Below, one piece after another: positions 29,218-44,523 of a stretch of 64,000 nt of DNA. Both the position numbers and the translations under genes were made by a program. The notes below the pieces were generated by a model. It was not told where the DNA came from. It was given only the letters and a program-made list of their open reading frames with translations, and did not search any database. The number at the start of each line of letters is the position of its first letter. Positions within the stretch are counted from its first letter, which is position 1. The DNA is from Chrysomallon squamiferum (taxonomy: Eukaryota > Animalia > Mollusca), in contig CM022665.1 of assembly GCA_012295275.1 (NCBI GenBank), forward strand, positions 28,272,001 through 28,336,000, written 5' to 3'.

Positions 29218-29780
29218 ACAAATAAATAAATAATAATAATAATAATAAAGAGTTATAAAAACCAAAAATAAAAATAAAAATAAATAAATAACATCCCTCG
29301 AACATAGGTAAAAACAGAGGCAAGGCAACTCTAAGATCCTGTTGTGGGGCATATTAAGGCATATTCTACGTGTATTTTCAAGTTGAGTTGTCAACAGTCT
29401 TTCTTATGACACGTACATAAACATCGATGCTGAATGAACCTTAAAATGACTTCGAAAATATTTTTCCTTTTTTTTTTTCTATTTTTTTTTCTAGTAATAC
29501 TAAACCTTTTGCTTGTAGCTTGAAGTTAAATAATTTCGAGAGAAATTAAGATCGTACAAATTTAAATGACTGTCTTGTAAAATGAAATCCTATTTATTTA
29601 TTCATTTATTTTATTTATTTATTCATTTATTTTACTTATTTATTCATTTATTCATTTATTCATGTTGTATTGTCAGATTCATAGGTAATAACTGATTTAT
29701 AATAACGATTTCTGGGGTTTTTTTTAGGAAAAGAAAGTTAAATATATTTTTCATTTCCAATAATAGCTAAAAAGCAAACA

Positions 29781-29827
<47 letters not shown>

Positions 29828-30229
29828 ATACAAATATTAAATAAAAATTCAATTAAAACCCCCAGAAAATTCAGAATAAGAAGAAAACAAAACAACAAAA
29901 ATAAAAAGCATCAGAAAAAAACCCACAGAAAAGAAACAAATATAACAAGAAAAAATAAAAGAAGACAAGAACAACATACAAAATGTAGAGAGATTTCTAT
30001 GCCATGAATAATGAATTAATTGTTCAAATATTCAGATATCAGGCTAAAGTTTAACAAATGAACAATCTCTCACAATGATTACAATTCATCGATCCGGCGA
30101 TAAATATATAATTATTTATTATCGACACACATAATATATTAGTTATTTTATTAATAAAATTCAAGAGATTACGAAATTCTAATTCTTTAACTATTAGACT
30201 TATTATGAAAATGTTAGGCTGATGTGGAA

Positions 30230-31120
30230 CATATTAAGATGTTAAGATGACTACTGAAGTTACAAAAGACGTAGAAAAATGTTTATGAAGTTACAATAGA
30301 CTTGTAAAATAAAGATTGTTATGAAGTTACATTCGACACATGAAGATGGTAATGAAGTTACAGCACACATATAAAGATAATTATAAAGTTACAACAGACA
30401 TATAAAGATGGTTATAAAATTACATAATTGTTATATACAGGTGCTAATTATGAAACAAAACGGGAACAGTTAGTAAGTATAAGAATGTTGTTACAGGGTT
30501 AAATATATAAACACACATTCACACACAAACAAAAAAACAAAACAATAAACAAACAATCCACCTCATCCAGAATATCAACAATAAAAAAAAAAAAAATAAT
30601 AATAACAAAAAAACCCAAATAATAATAATAATAATAGAAAAAATAAAATAAAATAATTAAAATAAATAAATAGAGAAAATATAATAAAAAATAAAAAATA
30701 AAATTACAAATAAATAAAGAAAAGAAAATTACAACCCCCCCCAAAAAAAAACCAACAACAAAAAACCAAAATTAACCTAAAGTTATAATAAAGGCATATA
30801 AATATGAGGTTATAATATCATATAATTATATTCAGTCGATCGTAAAGTTTAAATCTCAGACATATAAAGGTGATCATGAAGTACGACAACTATATCAAGA
30901 TAATTATGAAGTAGGACAGATATAGAAAGGTAATTATAAAATACATTTATGAGAAATAGTTAAAGATGATTATGAAATATGACAAATAAATAAATGATTA
31001 TAAAATATCTTATAATAGTTTAATAAAAAAAAAATATGCAGGTAATTACGAAGCATGACAAACAAACAAAGGAAAATTATGAAATAAAATGGACATATGT
31101 AAGTGGTTATGAAATTACTA
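30230..31120. repeat. Degenerate ~32-bp minisatellite (two blocks) in B intron
   Basis: Recurring ttatgaagttaca..gacatataaagatg unit. Confidence 0.6.
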
Positions 31121-31730
31121 AACTACCCACAAAATGAGGTTTCTATCGCCAACATATCAAGGTTATTTATTACGTTGTTACAATATTCAGGTGCTGTTTT
31201 GGACCCCGCAAAAAATGTTTTTCCCGTAAACATTCTGAAATGATCTCTTACAAAATTGTTTAATTATTCAGACATGTTGTTTTAATTACGTTCGCTGATA
31301 CGTCTTCGCGCTGAGCTGTTCAAGAATCGTTGCACTCAGAGTCAAGTAGCCGCGGACCGTGAATTAGTTTAATCTCAGTTTTATCTCGTACGTAACTTTA
31401 TCAGAAGAAACATTCTCTTTAAAGGTTTCACATTTAGTGAGAAGACAAGACGTACAAACAGAGAGAGAGAGAGAGAGAAAAAAAAGAAGAGCGTTCAGAG
31501 TGTCTCTGATTCAAAAAGTAATAATAATAATTATTGAAAATAAAATAATAATAAGTACAATTTTGGAACGAGATTTTTATTGTTTATGATGACTTAAATT
31601 CAAACTGTAAAAATATACGCTACTTATCGAGAACAATTGTATTATTTGATTTAATATCAAATGACTGTTTTTTTAAATATATATATATTTGTGTGTGTGT
31701 TTGTGTCTACTTATGTGTGTATGTATATAT

Positions 31731-31818
<88 letters not shown>

Positions 31819-32928
31819 CAGAATACGGCAATCATGGAAATGAACAGAATTCAATGATATCTGTCTAAAATGACTCAATACTATTACGATATTCGGAAAT
31901 CGCTGACTATATCAGTCGTGTTAATTTGTTAATCTGTTTTGACGGTAAAGGTTAAAGAATCATATAATCATATATTATTTTGGCCCTTCCCAAGTCGTAA
32001 ACGTAACAGATGTTCACTCGATTTAGTCAGTAGCCGAACAGTTTATCAGACAAGAGAAAGTTCTGAGAAAAACTTTAAATTTTGATTGCAGCGAAGTTGT
32101 TACACAGTTTGGCGAGAGGCTGCGTGGCTTTGTCAGCGTTTTGCTGAGAAACATTTCCCGCTATTTCCTGTTCCAGGCAACGGCTCGGAGATTGATTTAT
32201 TAAAGATTGTGGTGGGCGTATTTAATGTCTGTGGGAATTGAATACGAAAGAAGCGTTAATAATGCAGCGGATTTGAACAGAAATTTTAAATTTAGAAGTT
32301 AGAAGCAGTTGTTTAAAAAAAAAAAAAAAAAGGGATAATAAGTTAATGTACTGGTATACATACATACACACATATATATGCATTTAAATCGTAGAATATG
32401 ATAAAATACAATTGTAAATTTTCTAAATAATAATAATAATAATAATAAAAAACCTTATAATGAAGAATAAAAAATATATTAAAAAAAAAAAAAAAAAAAA
32501 ATAGCAATCAGAAAATAGCTGTACAGGTGAAAAATTAAATACGTTTCAACCATAAACTTTATAAGGTGACTTCTTTCTGTATTATATTATGGTTTTCAGT
32601 GTAAAATGCAAGTTTACGCAAAAATTACCTCTCATCATTTCAGTTTTGCATATTTTATTCATTACCCTTTTCTGTTTAAAAATGATCTCTACTGTGTGCT
32701 GTTTCATTTTTGAAACTTTAAAAAAAATATATTTCTTGCGTATGTTTTCTGTTTCTCGTAAAACAAACCAGACACATGAACATGTAGTTAAATTGGAATC
32801 CAGAAGGTTAATCTCTCTCGGTTCAGTGTCAGTTATGTTATAATTTGCGAACATAAATAACCATTTTAAAATCACATTTTAATAAATATTTTAACTGCAA
32901 AAAGCGCGCATTTACGCAAACATCCTTA

Positions 32929-32983
<55 letters not shown>

Positions 32984-33405
32984 GATAAACCATATCGAAA
33001 AGGAAACAAACATGGAAAACGCACGCAGGTCGTCAGTTTATCAGAGGAGTTTTGCACGTGAAAACGACCACCCAGAAAAGCGACCACCTAAGAAAACGAC
33101 CACCCAAGACTAATTATATGCAATTGTATTTATATTATTTTGTCAACATACATCTTGAATGTATAAAACCCCTCCTGTCCCATCCCATCAAAAAGAAAAA
33201 AAAAAAAAAAACACCCAACAACCCCACCATAACACACACACACATAAACATACACACAAACACACACACACACAAACACACATATACACACACACAAAGA
33301 CACACACACAAACACACATACAAACACAAACACACACACACAAACACACACACATACACACAAAAATACAAACACACACACACATACACACATACACACA
33401 ACACA

Positions 33406-33443
<38 letters not shown>

Positions 33444-33474
33444 TACACACATACACACAAACACACACACACAA

Positions 33475-33522
<48 letters not shown>

Positions 33523-33625
33523 TGAAGGATATAAAGAAAGAAAAAAACTGTAATAATAATAATAAAATAATAAAAAAAAACAATGAAAAAAATGAAAATA
33601 AATAAAAAAATAAAATAAAATAAAA

Positions 33626-33668
<43 letters not shown>

Positions 33669-34085
33669 AAAAAAAAAAAAATGAAAAAAAAAAAAAAAAA
33701 AAAAAAAAAAGTGCTCGGACTTCTAGCCCTAATGAAAAGGTTATTCCCTAATATGAAGACTGACATTTATTTTAAAACATTCTTTTCATGATCCAAAACA
33801 ATTGTCTCAATATATTACACAGATTTGCTACGTATGCATATATACAAATTGTTTTTATTATTGTTTTTGTCGGGGTTTTTTTGCTGTTAAGTCTTCAGTT
33901 ACAATTAGGGCAACAATAAAAGAACACGGATAAAAAAAAATATTGTTGTTTACTGTATGCAAGTGCCAGTGAAAACATAATAATAAATAATAATAATAAT
34001 AATGATGATGATAATGATGATGACGACGACGATTACAACAACAACAGCAACAACAACAACAACAACAACAATAATAAAATAATAA

Positions 34086-34136
<51 letters not shown>

Positions 34137-35113
34137 TATTATTATTATTATTATTAAATTACTCTCATATTATTAGTTTACAGAACTGGTAAGTCTGTAT
34201 GGAGAACAAAGGAGTATATTTAGTGATTATTTTCAGTAACTGTGTCAGTTAAACGTGTTGCGTTCTCGTTGTGTTTGTTTGTGTGTGTGTTGTGCGTGTG
34301 CGTATCGCATCAGTCGTTTATGCAAATGAAAGTAAAATACGTTATTAAATATACCTCATGGATTAAATAGGTTAGCATTCATGTTCACTGTTTATCATGT
34401 GTAGTTAAAGATAATTCGTAGGTCTTATATATAATCCTTTATTTTGAGAACATGATAATACAATTGTTACTAGGAAAACTAGTGTACATAGTACATAGAA
34501 GTATGATTAGATACGTTTTAAATTAGCTTAATAATTATAACAACAACAACAACAATAATAACAATAATTACTATTAACAGGAAAACTATATACTAATATA
34601 TATATATATATATATACTTCGTATAAGATTGGTTGCTATTCTTAATCATATTTTCAAATTTTCAAATTATGTTATATAAGTTCTGTTTTCCGTTTAAAAT
34701 AGATATCGTGTTGTTTAAATAAAATACTCGAATAACAAACCAGATATACTCACACCCTAAGTGGCTTGAATTACAGCTGTATTTTTATCATTTCCTATTC
34801 CAGTGATGAATAATAAAAAAAAAAAAAAACAAAAGGTAAAAAAAAAAATAAGAAAAAAAAATATTCTTTTCTGTTCGAAATACTCTGAGAGAAAAAAAAA
34901 CAGGAAACTTTGTAATGGGATGTGATGAGTGTTTTTTAACTGTGAGTTGGCGCGGGAGTGAGTCATTTTTTAAATCAAAAATTTGAAAACTGTTGTGTTT
35001 ACAGTCTCCTAGCGAAGGAGAAACTTACTTTATATTGTATTAGGGTAAAATTTAGAATTAACAAAAACAACAACAACAACGATACTAATAAATAATAATA
35101 GTAAATAGTAGTA

Positions 35114-35196
<83 letters not shown>

Positions 35197-35813
35197 AAGA
35201 AGAAGAAGAAGAAAAAAAAGAAGAAGAAGAAGAAGAAGAAGATGAAGAAGAAGAAAAGAAGAAGAGCACAAGGATGAGTAAGAAGAAGATAGAAAGAAAA
35301 TCGAAAAAGTTGCAAAAAAGAAATAACAAATAACTAAAATAACAAAGGAAAAGAAAGAAAGAAGAAGAAATAAACTAAAAAAGAAAGAAAAAGTGGAAAA
35401 AGAAAAGAAAAATATAAAAATAAAAATTAATAGAAAGAAATAGAGAAACATAAAAGTAGCAACGATAAATTGGGAAAAAAAAAAAAAATAAAAAAAAAAT
35501 AAATGTACGAATTCAAACAGGAGAAAAGTGTAAAACTCTTTTATATTACAAAATAATTGTTAACATCCCAAACACGGGGTCGCATGCTTCATTTCAATGT
35601 TCCTTAATACTTGATAATAGTTTATGCAGTAAGAATATAATTTGCACACCTTTTGATCCACTCCGTGAAATACTTTTCTCCTTTGTTACGCCACTTTCTA
35701 TAGGAAACATTCACTCGAGTGAAACTCAAAGGTTCACCGAGGTGGAGTTAGTGATCATACGAATAATGATACAATTGTCAATTTTTACAACTTTATTTAT
35801 TTCCGTATTTCAG

Positions 35814-35910
<97 letters not shown>

Positions 35911-36361
35911 AAATTAAATCTTTGCAATCTTTTAAAATAAAATAGTTATCTTTGAAATCTAATTATTTTTGTGCTTTCATCCTTTTTCTTTCATTCTTTC
36001 TTGTTTTCTTTCTTTCTTTCTTACTTTCTGTCATTCTTTCTCTCTTTCTTCGTTTTTCTTTTCTCTAGTAACTGCAACAAGGACATAAAAATTAACGAAA
36101 TATACATATTGTTAGTTTTTCATCTCAGCATGAGCGTGTCAAAATATTTTATTTATAGTTAAATTATATAAATACAAAACAAAGCGAACAGCAACAACAA
36201 CATAAAAAAGCTTAAAGTATTAGCTCTATTTCTTTTTCTTCGATACTGAATAACATATATTATGTTAAATTTTTAGAGATTTAATAATACAGGTATTAAC
36301 CTGAATGAAGTAAACGATTAATAAACAAACATTCTGATTTTAAAGGTAAAATAAGTCAGTT

Positions 36362-36400
<39 letters not shown>

Positions 36401-36638
36401 TTAAAATTTAAAATAAATGATTTGAGATTTAAACAAAATTTTAGATTAAAAATATCATTAGGGAAAAACGTAAAATAATTTCATACAATCCCATGTTAAT
36501 TAATATAAACTTAAAAATTGCAAACAACTGAATAATAATTACGACTGCAGAAAAATAAGTGTAATGTTATTAACACAAGTTCTCTGTGTATTAAACAGAG
36601 AATATAAATATTTTTATAAAATAATAATGATGATGACG

Positions 36639-36702
<64 letters not shown>

Positions 36703-37234
36703 CAATAATAATAAACAAGGTAATAATTTACAATATTTATTTCGCATTAACAGTATAGTTATTTCTTCAACTCTTTCGATAAATAAATAAAATATAAATA
36801 AAAATAAAACAAAACAAAACAAAATAAAATAATTAACTAACTAACTAACTAACTAAATAAAATAAAATGAAAATAAATAAACAAAACAAAATAACTAACT
36901 AACTAACTAACTAACTAACTACAAAAATAAATAAACTCATTTCTTTCCCAGTCGATAGACTAACGCATTTAAATATTTAATAGAATTAACTGAAAATCGA
37001 AAGGAAACCAAATATAAGTTACTTATCTATGATTTTAAAATAATTATAAAATATTATATTATAATAATTTGTAACAGAGATAACTGCAGTTGTTTAAATA
37101 TCAGAATGTGCGACCAACGTTTTATTAACAGCATAGAAACAAAATAAATTGTAAGTGAATATATTAACGTATTCAAAGTGCGTATTTCGCATAAACTATC
37201 TTAATTAGTCAATATTTTACTAGATGAATATAAA

Positions 37235-37279
<45 letters not shown>

Positions 37280-37727
37280 TCATAACAATAATAATAATAA
37301 TTGTAAACAGTATAATATAAGTTAATAAAATGCAGTAAGAATATAATGTAATATAATATAACATAAGGCAGCATAATATAACTTAACATAGCATAATATA
37401 ATAGAGTACAAGTAATGTATTTATTAACAGGCATCTATCAGTCTATCAGCCTATCTATCTGTCTGTCTAAATATCCATCCATCCATCCATCCATCCATCC
37501 CTCTATCTAATTACCTATTTTAAATTTAAAAAAAAAAAAAAAATAAATAAATAAATAAAAAAAAAATAATAAAAAAATAATAATAACAATCCAAAATTAA
37601 CAACTAGTTTTAAACTGAAAACAGCATAATACCATCCACATTTATTTTATTCGCAAGCTAAATAATGCATTATAAAAGCGAAAAATAAGAAATATTTATG
37701 TTATAAGTGGGGGACACAAGCAGCTAC

Positions 37728-37949
37728 CTCGTTTTTCACCGGGGCTTTGAACTCCACCTGCAACTCGTCTTTCCCCTCCGACAGTCTCCGCGTTTGAATT
37801 CGACATTTCAACTCTTCTTTCAGTAACGGCGTCAGTCGCCCTGTTAGGAAAGAATTGTACGTCGCCTGGATGAGGCTGTCGTCGGCGTTGTCAATAACGT
37901 CAAAGACGTCGTCAAGAACGGGTTTTGAATCTGGCGACACAGCGGCCAT
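37728..37949 (-). CDS. ATF3: Paralogue B, N-terminal coding exon
   Basis: AAAATGGCC start. Encodes MAAVSPDSK...TGRLTPLLKEELKCRIQTRRLSEGKDELQVEFKAPVKNE; donor GAG|GTAGCT, phase 0. Linkage to the 27111 exon across 10.6 kb is inferred because no closer basic exon was seen. Confidence 0.88.
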
Positions 37950-40529
37950 TTTTACGCACACGGATTTGTAAAGACACAACAGCTGATGAGCTGTTTGTTT
38001 GTAACTGGCTAAACCACGCCTCGAAAGCAAAGCGATGTGTAAGTTAGATGAAGAAAATAGTTCCACAATATTTACGTGTTTACGAGCTGTGTTGTTTTGT
38101 TTCTTGTTTGTTTACTTAGCTGCATGGACTCGATAATTAATTTTTCTAAGTATTTAAAAAAAAAAATTAGTATATAGTTTTGGACTCGAGAATAATTGGA
38201 GTTATAAATATATTATCTCCCATGACGTAATTTTCTTGCACATTTTAAACTATCAAAATACAGTTTACCAATAACAGCATGGAAGTAAAGTAATTTTTCA
38301 TGTAATTTTACAGCAAGAAAATATTACTGAATGTTTTATTGCATTTTTACTAATTCACCATTGATCTCAAACAAAATGTAATTTATACATGTATTTTAGC
38401 GTAAGAAACTACCAATAAAGAAAATTATTTAAAGGGAGATAACTCCAGGCACTACTTTAACCATTAAAAAGAACCTATCAATCTTGAATGCTTGCCAAGT
38501 CCAGTGAAATGACCCCATTAAATAATAATAATAATCGAATGACGTAAAAATAACAAATCGGAACAGAACTGGAACGATGCCAAACTAACTAAAACATACA
38601 TTCCTTTTGTTTTCGACATCTGAAAATCCATAACCCATGCACTATAATTTATTCTTTAAACATTCTTATCTTCTAGCCAGTCGAATTTTATTTTTAATTA
38701 GAGTAGTAAAATTAAATATTACGAGAATTATCAGTGCCACATTTCACGGCCTGTGAACAGCTTGTACTAGTAATTAAGGTTGACCCAACGTACTCGTCTA
38801 GACATCACCTAATGAAATATTCTCATGATTGACATGTGAAAAACGGCGAGGATTTAGTGCACTACTGCGACATGGTTACGAAATATTGATCTTCATTTGA
38901 GATTAGCGAATCAAACTAATAAAAGACAAGATATTTCAGTATGCTAAGATATCCACAAAACCTGACAGTGCATGAATTTAAGATTACAGATTTGTGAGCG
39001 GTGTGACAATAAGCGTGAAACTGATACCGAATCGAACTTGAAAACTACAAATATGCAGATAGACAAATAAAAAGTTGTTAACGACTAAAAGCTATAAATT
39101 ATATTTGGTTTGAGTGTGTAAATAAGCTTGAAACAAGGCACATTTAACAAATAATACAAATAAGTGTTGCAGATAAACAGAAATAAAATTCCTTACCTTT
39201 TAATACATGATCACCTATATGTAATAAACACCGGTAACGTATACGTCACTACACAGCTGACACCCCTTGTCAATTCCATCTCATCACAAGTAGCAAATAT
39301 ATATCCGAATATATATCTTATCAACATGTGTTTCGATCCTCGGTTTTTATCCTAATCCACAGATTTGTCTGTAAATCTCCAAAAGAAACTTTTCACATGT
39401 AAAAAAATAAATAAAACTGAAAAACTTAGTCGACTTCTGTGTAAGCCGGATATGAAAATGAACAAACAGCTGTAACATAATTAACTGTTAACTTTGATCT
39501 GTGTAAGTTATCGATACTTCTGTGATATAAATTTCACTCCGAGCGCACGATTCGAGATCCAAGGTTGTTAATGAAGTTTCAAGGAGTGAAACGAAAGAAA
39601 AATGGAAACAAAGAGAGAGAGAGAGAGAAAAAAAACAGGATGGGCTGACGAATATTCTGGGATTGGTCACTCACTTGGAGCTGGACGAAATATGGCAGAT
39701 ACCGTGACTCACTGTTTTTGACGTAAACGATTATTTTTTTTCCCCCTTTCACATCTCTCTTCACATAATTAATAACAATACAAAAATATACTAGTTTATT
39801 ACAAAGAAAAGTATTTTACTAACAATTAAAACCGTTTTTATAAGAACTCCTTACTTGCTTGTTTTTGATCACGTACTAATTTTTCTTTTCCCTGACAGGT
39901 CGACCAGCAAGTACTATTTATAAAATATTACCATCTGCGCGTGCTAGCAGTCAAACAATTGAGCACTATTGATTAACTAGTAGAAAATGTGTGTCAATGT
40001 ATGTTACTAAGCCCGGACCAAACAAGTGTAAACAGTCGGCAAGCTTTTCATACATATATCAGGTACGTTTTTAAGTAAATCTTTTAATACAGATAGATTA
40101 TATCATATCCCCCAACACCTTTATCTTCTCTGTGTGCACGTGTGCACGTGGCTGTTAAACAGAAAGTTGTTTGTAAACTATTTTTTATTTGTGAAAAAGG
40201 TAAATACTGGTGCATAGCATCTTTTTCATGTTCCGACACGTTAGACTCGTATATCGAACGTCAGTTTCAGTGTTCAGTGAATCGTGTCTTATTCCCTGCC
40301 GTCGACGGACAGTAACTCGCGGAGATATTTATTTACCTACGTACGTTATTGGTTATCTGTTTGTCAGGTCGAGGCCAATCAAATGTCGTTGACCGTAATT
40401 TATGCATCGGCATGTGGAAATTAACCAGCAGCTATCGTTAATGAATATTAATTTTTATAGAACGAGGTCGTATGGAGTTATTTAAAGCAGTGAATGGAAA
40501 ATTACAGACAATGATTGCAATATACACAC

Positions 40530-41065
40530 AGGTTAAATGTTTTGTGTGTTAATTGATATTTGCTTGATATTTCTAAAAATAACTAAATAGTTTTGTGTGT
40601 TCATTGATATTTCCATAATATTTGTAAAAATATCTAAATTTTTAGTCAGTTATATAAAACATTTCGATTTTCATGTTAATAACGTTTGTAAAAATCATGA
40701 AATGTTTTGTGAATTATTCAAAACTTCCATAATAATAGATTATTTTTATAGGAACTGAATATTTTTTAAATTATTCAGTATTTCAATGATAGTATGTTAT
40801 ATGTAAAAAAAATAACTAACGTTTTGAGAATTATTCATAATATCCACGATAATACTTTTTTCTTATAAAAGAAATAAATGTTTTTGAGTTATTCAAAATT
40901 TTCATTATAATAACATTTATAAAAATGTTATGTGAGTTATTCAGAATGTTCAACACAATGAATTATTCGTGAAAAAAAGAAGAGAAATGTTTTGAGTGTC
41001 ATTCAAATTTCTATGATAAAATATTATTTCTAAAAAGAATTACTGAGTTATTCAAAATTTCTAAA
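40530..41065. repeat. Degenerate ~50-55-bp minisatellite
   Basis: Recurring aaatgttttg(t)gaRttattcaaaa core. Confidence 0.55.
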
Positions 41066-42513
41066 AAGAAGAAAATAGTTTATTTATTGTTCATTATTTT
41101 CTTGAATTATTAAGGTAAAAATAATGCACACAGATAATGTAATTGCCGAAAACGAATTATTAATGCTTTGCTTACTGGAAATAAATAAATAAATAAATAA
41201 ATATGTATATGTATATACATGTATATATATTTAAAAGATAAAACAAAATATAAAAAATAAAATAAAATAAATTAAATAAATAAATAAATAATAGAAAATA
41301 AATTAATTAATTTTATAATTATTTTGTTTTTAATACAACCTCTGTTGCTATAATTTTATTTACTTATTTATTTGTTTCTGTTGATTTATTAATTAATACC
41401 AGTGTAATATTTACTGAAAAAAAATTTTGTACACATAATTCAACGAATGCTTCACCATATCAAATATTTTCCTGTGCTGTTAATAAAATATATTTTCTTA
41501 TAATAAAATAATTTGAAAAAAAAAAAAACCCAAACAAAACAAAACAAAAAACACAACAATTATGATAGTAGGATGATATTATGTTTTGGAAAATATTAAA
41601 TAATCATCATTTTTTATTTTAAATAAAATTCTTTAAGTAATGTTTTGATAACATTATGTAAATTAATATTTATAATAATAATAATAATAATAATTATAAA
41701 ATAATAATAATAATAATCATGATAATAATAATACCAATAGCAATTATAAAGGATAAAGGATTTAATGATTTCTTCCAAAAAATATAAAAATCTTGTTAAT
41801 TTCTACAGAAAAAAGAAACTTGACTGTTCAAAGAATTTGATGACGTTAGTACAAAGGACTTGATCAAGAACTTGATCATAACAACATAAAAAATATGATG
41901 ATCATCATTATATTATTATTGTTACTATTTTAAAATTATGTATATTAAAAGAACATACAGTAAAACGAAAGACTAAAATAGCGAACGAGAGACCGAAAAT
42001 AAGAAGAATTAATAAGACAAAATTCCCAATACTTAATATTATTATCTTTAATATTTTTCTCATTTTCTATAGGGTAACCTTTGAAAACACATTTCTAGCT
42101 AATATTCAAAAATTAGAAAAAAAAAAAAAAAAAAAAACCCACAAAAAAACAACAACCACCAAACAAATTCAATAATAATGATGTTGATGATGATGATAAT
42201 GACAACAGTAATATGTAAATTATTAAATAAACTTTATTAAAGTAACAACAAGTCTTCTTAACACAGTAAAACTTTTCATTTGATGAAAATACTGGCACAA
42301 ACTGAAATAAATTTCTCAACAAAATACTTTCTTTAGTCATATTTACACATTCCACAGTTTTAGTGTTCTTTAATTTGAATCTCACAGTCATCGGATTTAC
42401 AAACACTAACAGCGTTCACTGGCTTCACGTGCATATAATATACATGCAAATTATTTCCAAGCCTTATGGAGCTTGTCGTCCATTGGTCCGAATCGTTTTA
42501 TTCTTTTATGACG

Positions 42514-42663
42514 TCATGGCACTGAGATGTTGGTGTATATCTTGTTGTCGTGGCAACAGAACATATGTTTCTGTAGTATGTCGCGGAGACAAGTGCGTTC
42601 GTTAATGAGATCGGATAATTGTTGTTTTAGAACACTGTTCTTTTCCTGTAGATTTTCCACCTC
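42514..42663 (-). CDS. ATF3: Paralogue C, terminal leucine-zipper exon
   Basis: Acceptor ttcgttcatttaag|. Encodes EVENLQEKNSVLKQQLSDLINERTCLRDILQKHMFCCHDNKIYTNISVP*. Confidence 0.88.
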   Translation of the reverse strand, partial: EVENLQEKNSVLKQQLSDLINERTCLRDILQKHMFCCHDNKIYTNISVP

Positions 42664-43195
42664 CTTAAATGAACGAAATATTAATCTATTTAAATGTTTT
42701 AATAATACATTGTTTTAGCAACTGTTACAGCTGCTACGGCTGCTACAAGAATAAAAACAACTACTAACACTACAATTACTGTTGCTGTTGCTGCTGCTGC
42801 TGCTGCTGCTTTTACTATTTCTGCTACTGCTGCTACTACTACTAACACTAATAATAATAACAATAATGAAGACGACAACAGTGATAATGATAGTAGTAGT
42901 TGCAGAAGTTGTAGCAATAGTAGTAAATACATACATACATACATAAACATACCCATATACATAGACACTTAAAAAAAAAAAAAAAAAAAAAAAAGGAAGC
43001 AACAACAACAACAAACAAACAAACAAACAAAAAACAACAAAAAAACCTCAACAATTTAGCTTTGATTAATGAGTAACTAAAATATTTCTTTTTTAACAAC
43101 AATATTTCTATTTTTTGATTACTTTTAATAAATTAAGCGAAGATATATTTAAATTTGTAAATGTTCTGTTTTACGTAAATATAATTATTGTATAC

Positions 43196-43303
43196 CTGCT
43201 CCATAATACTGATTCGGACTTTTTCTTTTTGGCGGAATTTTCTGGCGGCACATCGGTTCTGTTCTTTACGTCGAAGTTTCTTCGTAATTTCTTCAGGTGT
43301 AAG
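43196..43303 (-). CDS. ATF3: Paralogue C, 108-nt basic-region exon
   Basis: tttcattacag| ... CAG|GTATAC. Encodes LTPEEITKKLRRKEQNRCAARKFRQKEKVRISIMEQ. Confidence 0.92.
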
Positions 43304-43490
43304 CTGTAATGAAATAATTTAGATTTTTAATTAATTAATTTATTTTATTTTATTTTATTTTATTTTATTTTATTTTATTACTTTTTTTATTTTTAAGAAA
43401 GAAAATATTAATTAACTGATTCCGCTTATTAAGAAAATAGAGAAATAAATAATAATAATAATAACAGTCAATTTATAAAACAAAACCCAC

Positions 43491-43525
<35 letters not shown>

Positions 43526-43534
43526 TTATTTCTT

Positions 43535-43565
<31 letters not shown>

Positions 43566-44523
43566 TGGAAATAAAAAAAGAGAGTAAAATAATGAAAGAA
43601 AAAAAAAAAAAAAAAAAATGAAAACAAGAAAGAAAAAAACTAAAGATAAGAAGAAAATATCAAAATCATTCCTGAATACATTTTTTCTTATTATTATTTG
43701 TATTATTATTTTATTATTACTGCTGCTGTTATTATTATTAATATATATATGTGTGTGTGTGTGTTTTCAAATTTATAAAAATTAAAAAATAAATAAAAAT
43801 TGTTGATTTATTTAAAAATAAGGCAATTCTGATAAATAAATTATTTCAACAAATATAAGTTTTAAAACATTCACATTAGCTTTCAGTACACACATACACA
43901 CACACACACATACACACACACACACATACACATACACAGTCCTCATTTATGTGGTAATAAAATATTTCATTAATTTAAAATTATATATTTAACAAGAAAA
44001 AAACAAAAACAAAAAAAACATTATTTGCAAAAAGCGACTTTTTTTTCTTTTCATTTCCAGAAAATGTTTTATAGGGGGACTGCAGTCTGGTTGCGTCAGA
44101 CAGAGGACGATATTTTTAGAAGCTTGTTTTGCAAACAAAATTAATTTTATTCAGCAAACTATTTATTATTAATTTAATTTAAACATAAGCTAAATATTTT
44201 GTTTTAGGCTTTATTAATACAGAACACTTAAAAAACATGCAGGAAACCGAATACTTTCAAAATGTTCGTTCAACAATTAATCCACTAATTTATTAACTGA
44301 TCGATTGATTACACTAATACATACATTGATCAGTAATATCAGTAATAATTATTATATTATTATACACTGTTTTATGTTTTCACGAAAATAACTCAACCGC
44401 GAAAATCTAATTATTTTTAAATCAAGTTTAGTAACTTTTTGTATAATTACAGCAGCACAGGCAGAAAAAGAATCGTTTCTATTTATTGTTTTAAAAATTA
44501 AGTTCTAGGTATTGTCATTTTAC

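Noticed and set aside
33052-33766. HT/CV-rich ORFs
   Set aside because: Degenerate (CA)n tract.
39855-39925. TATA-like box plus GTAAGG donor as a first exon for B
   Set aside because: Competing candidates exist (38.2 kb, 39.2 kb) and there is no clear acceptor before the B ATG; it cannot be resolved from sequence.
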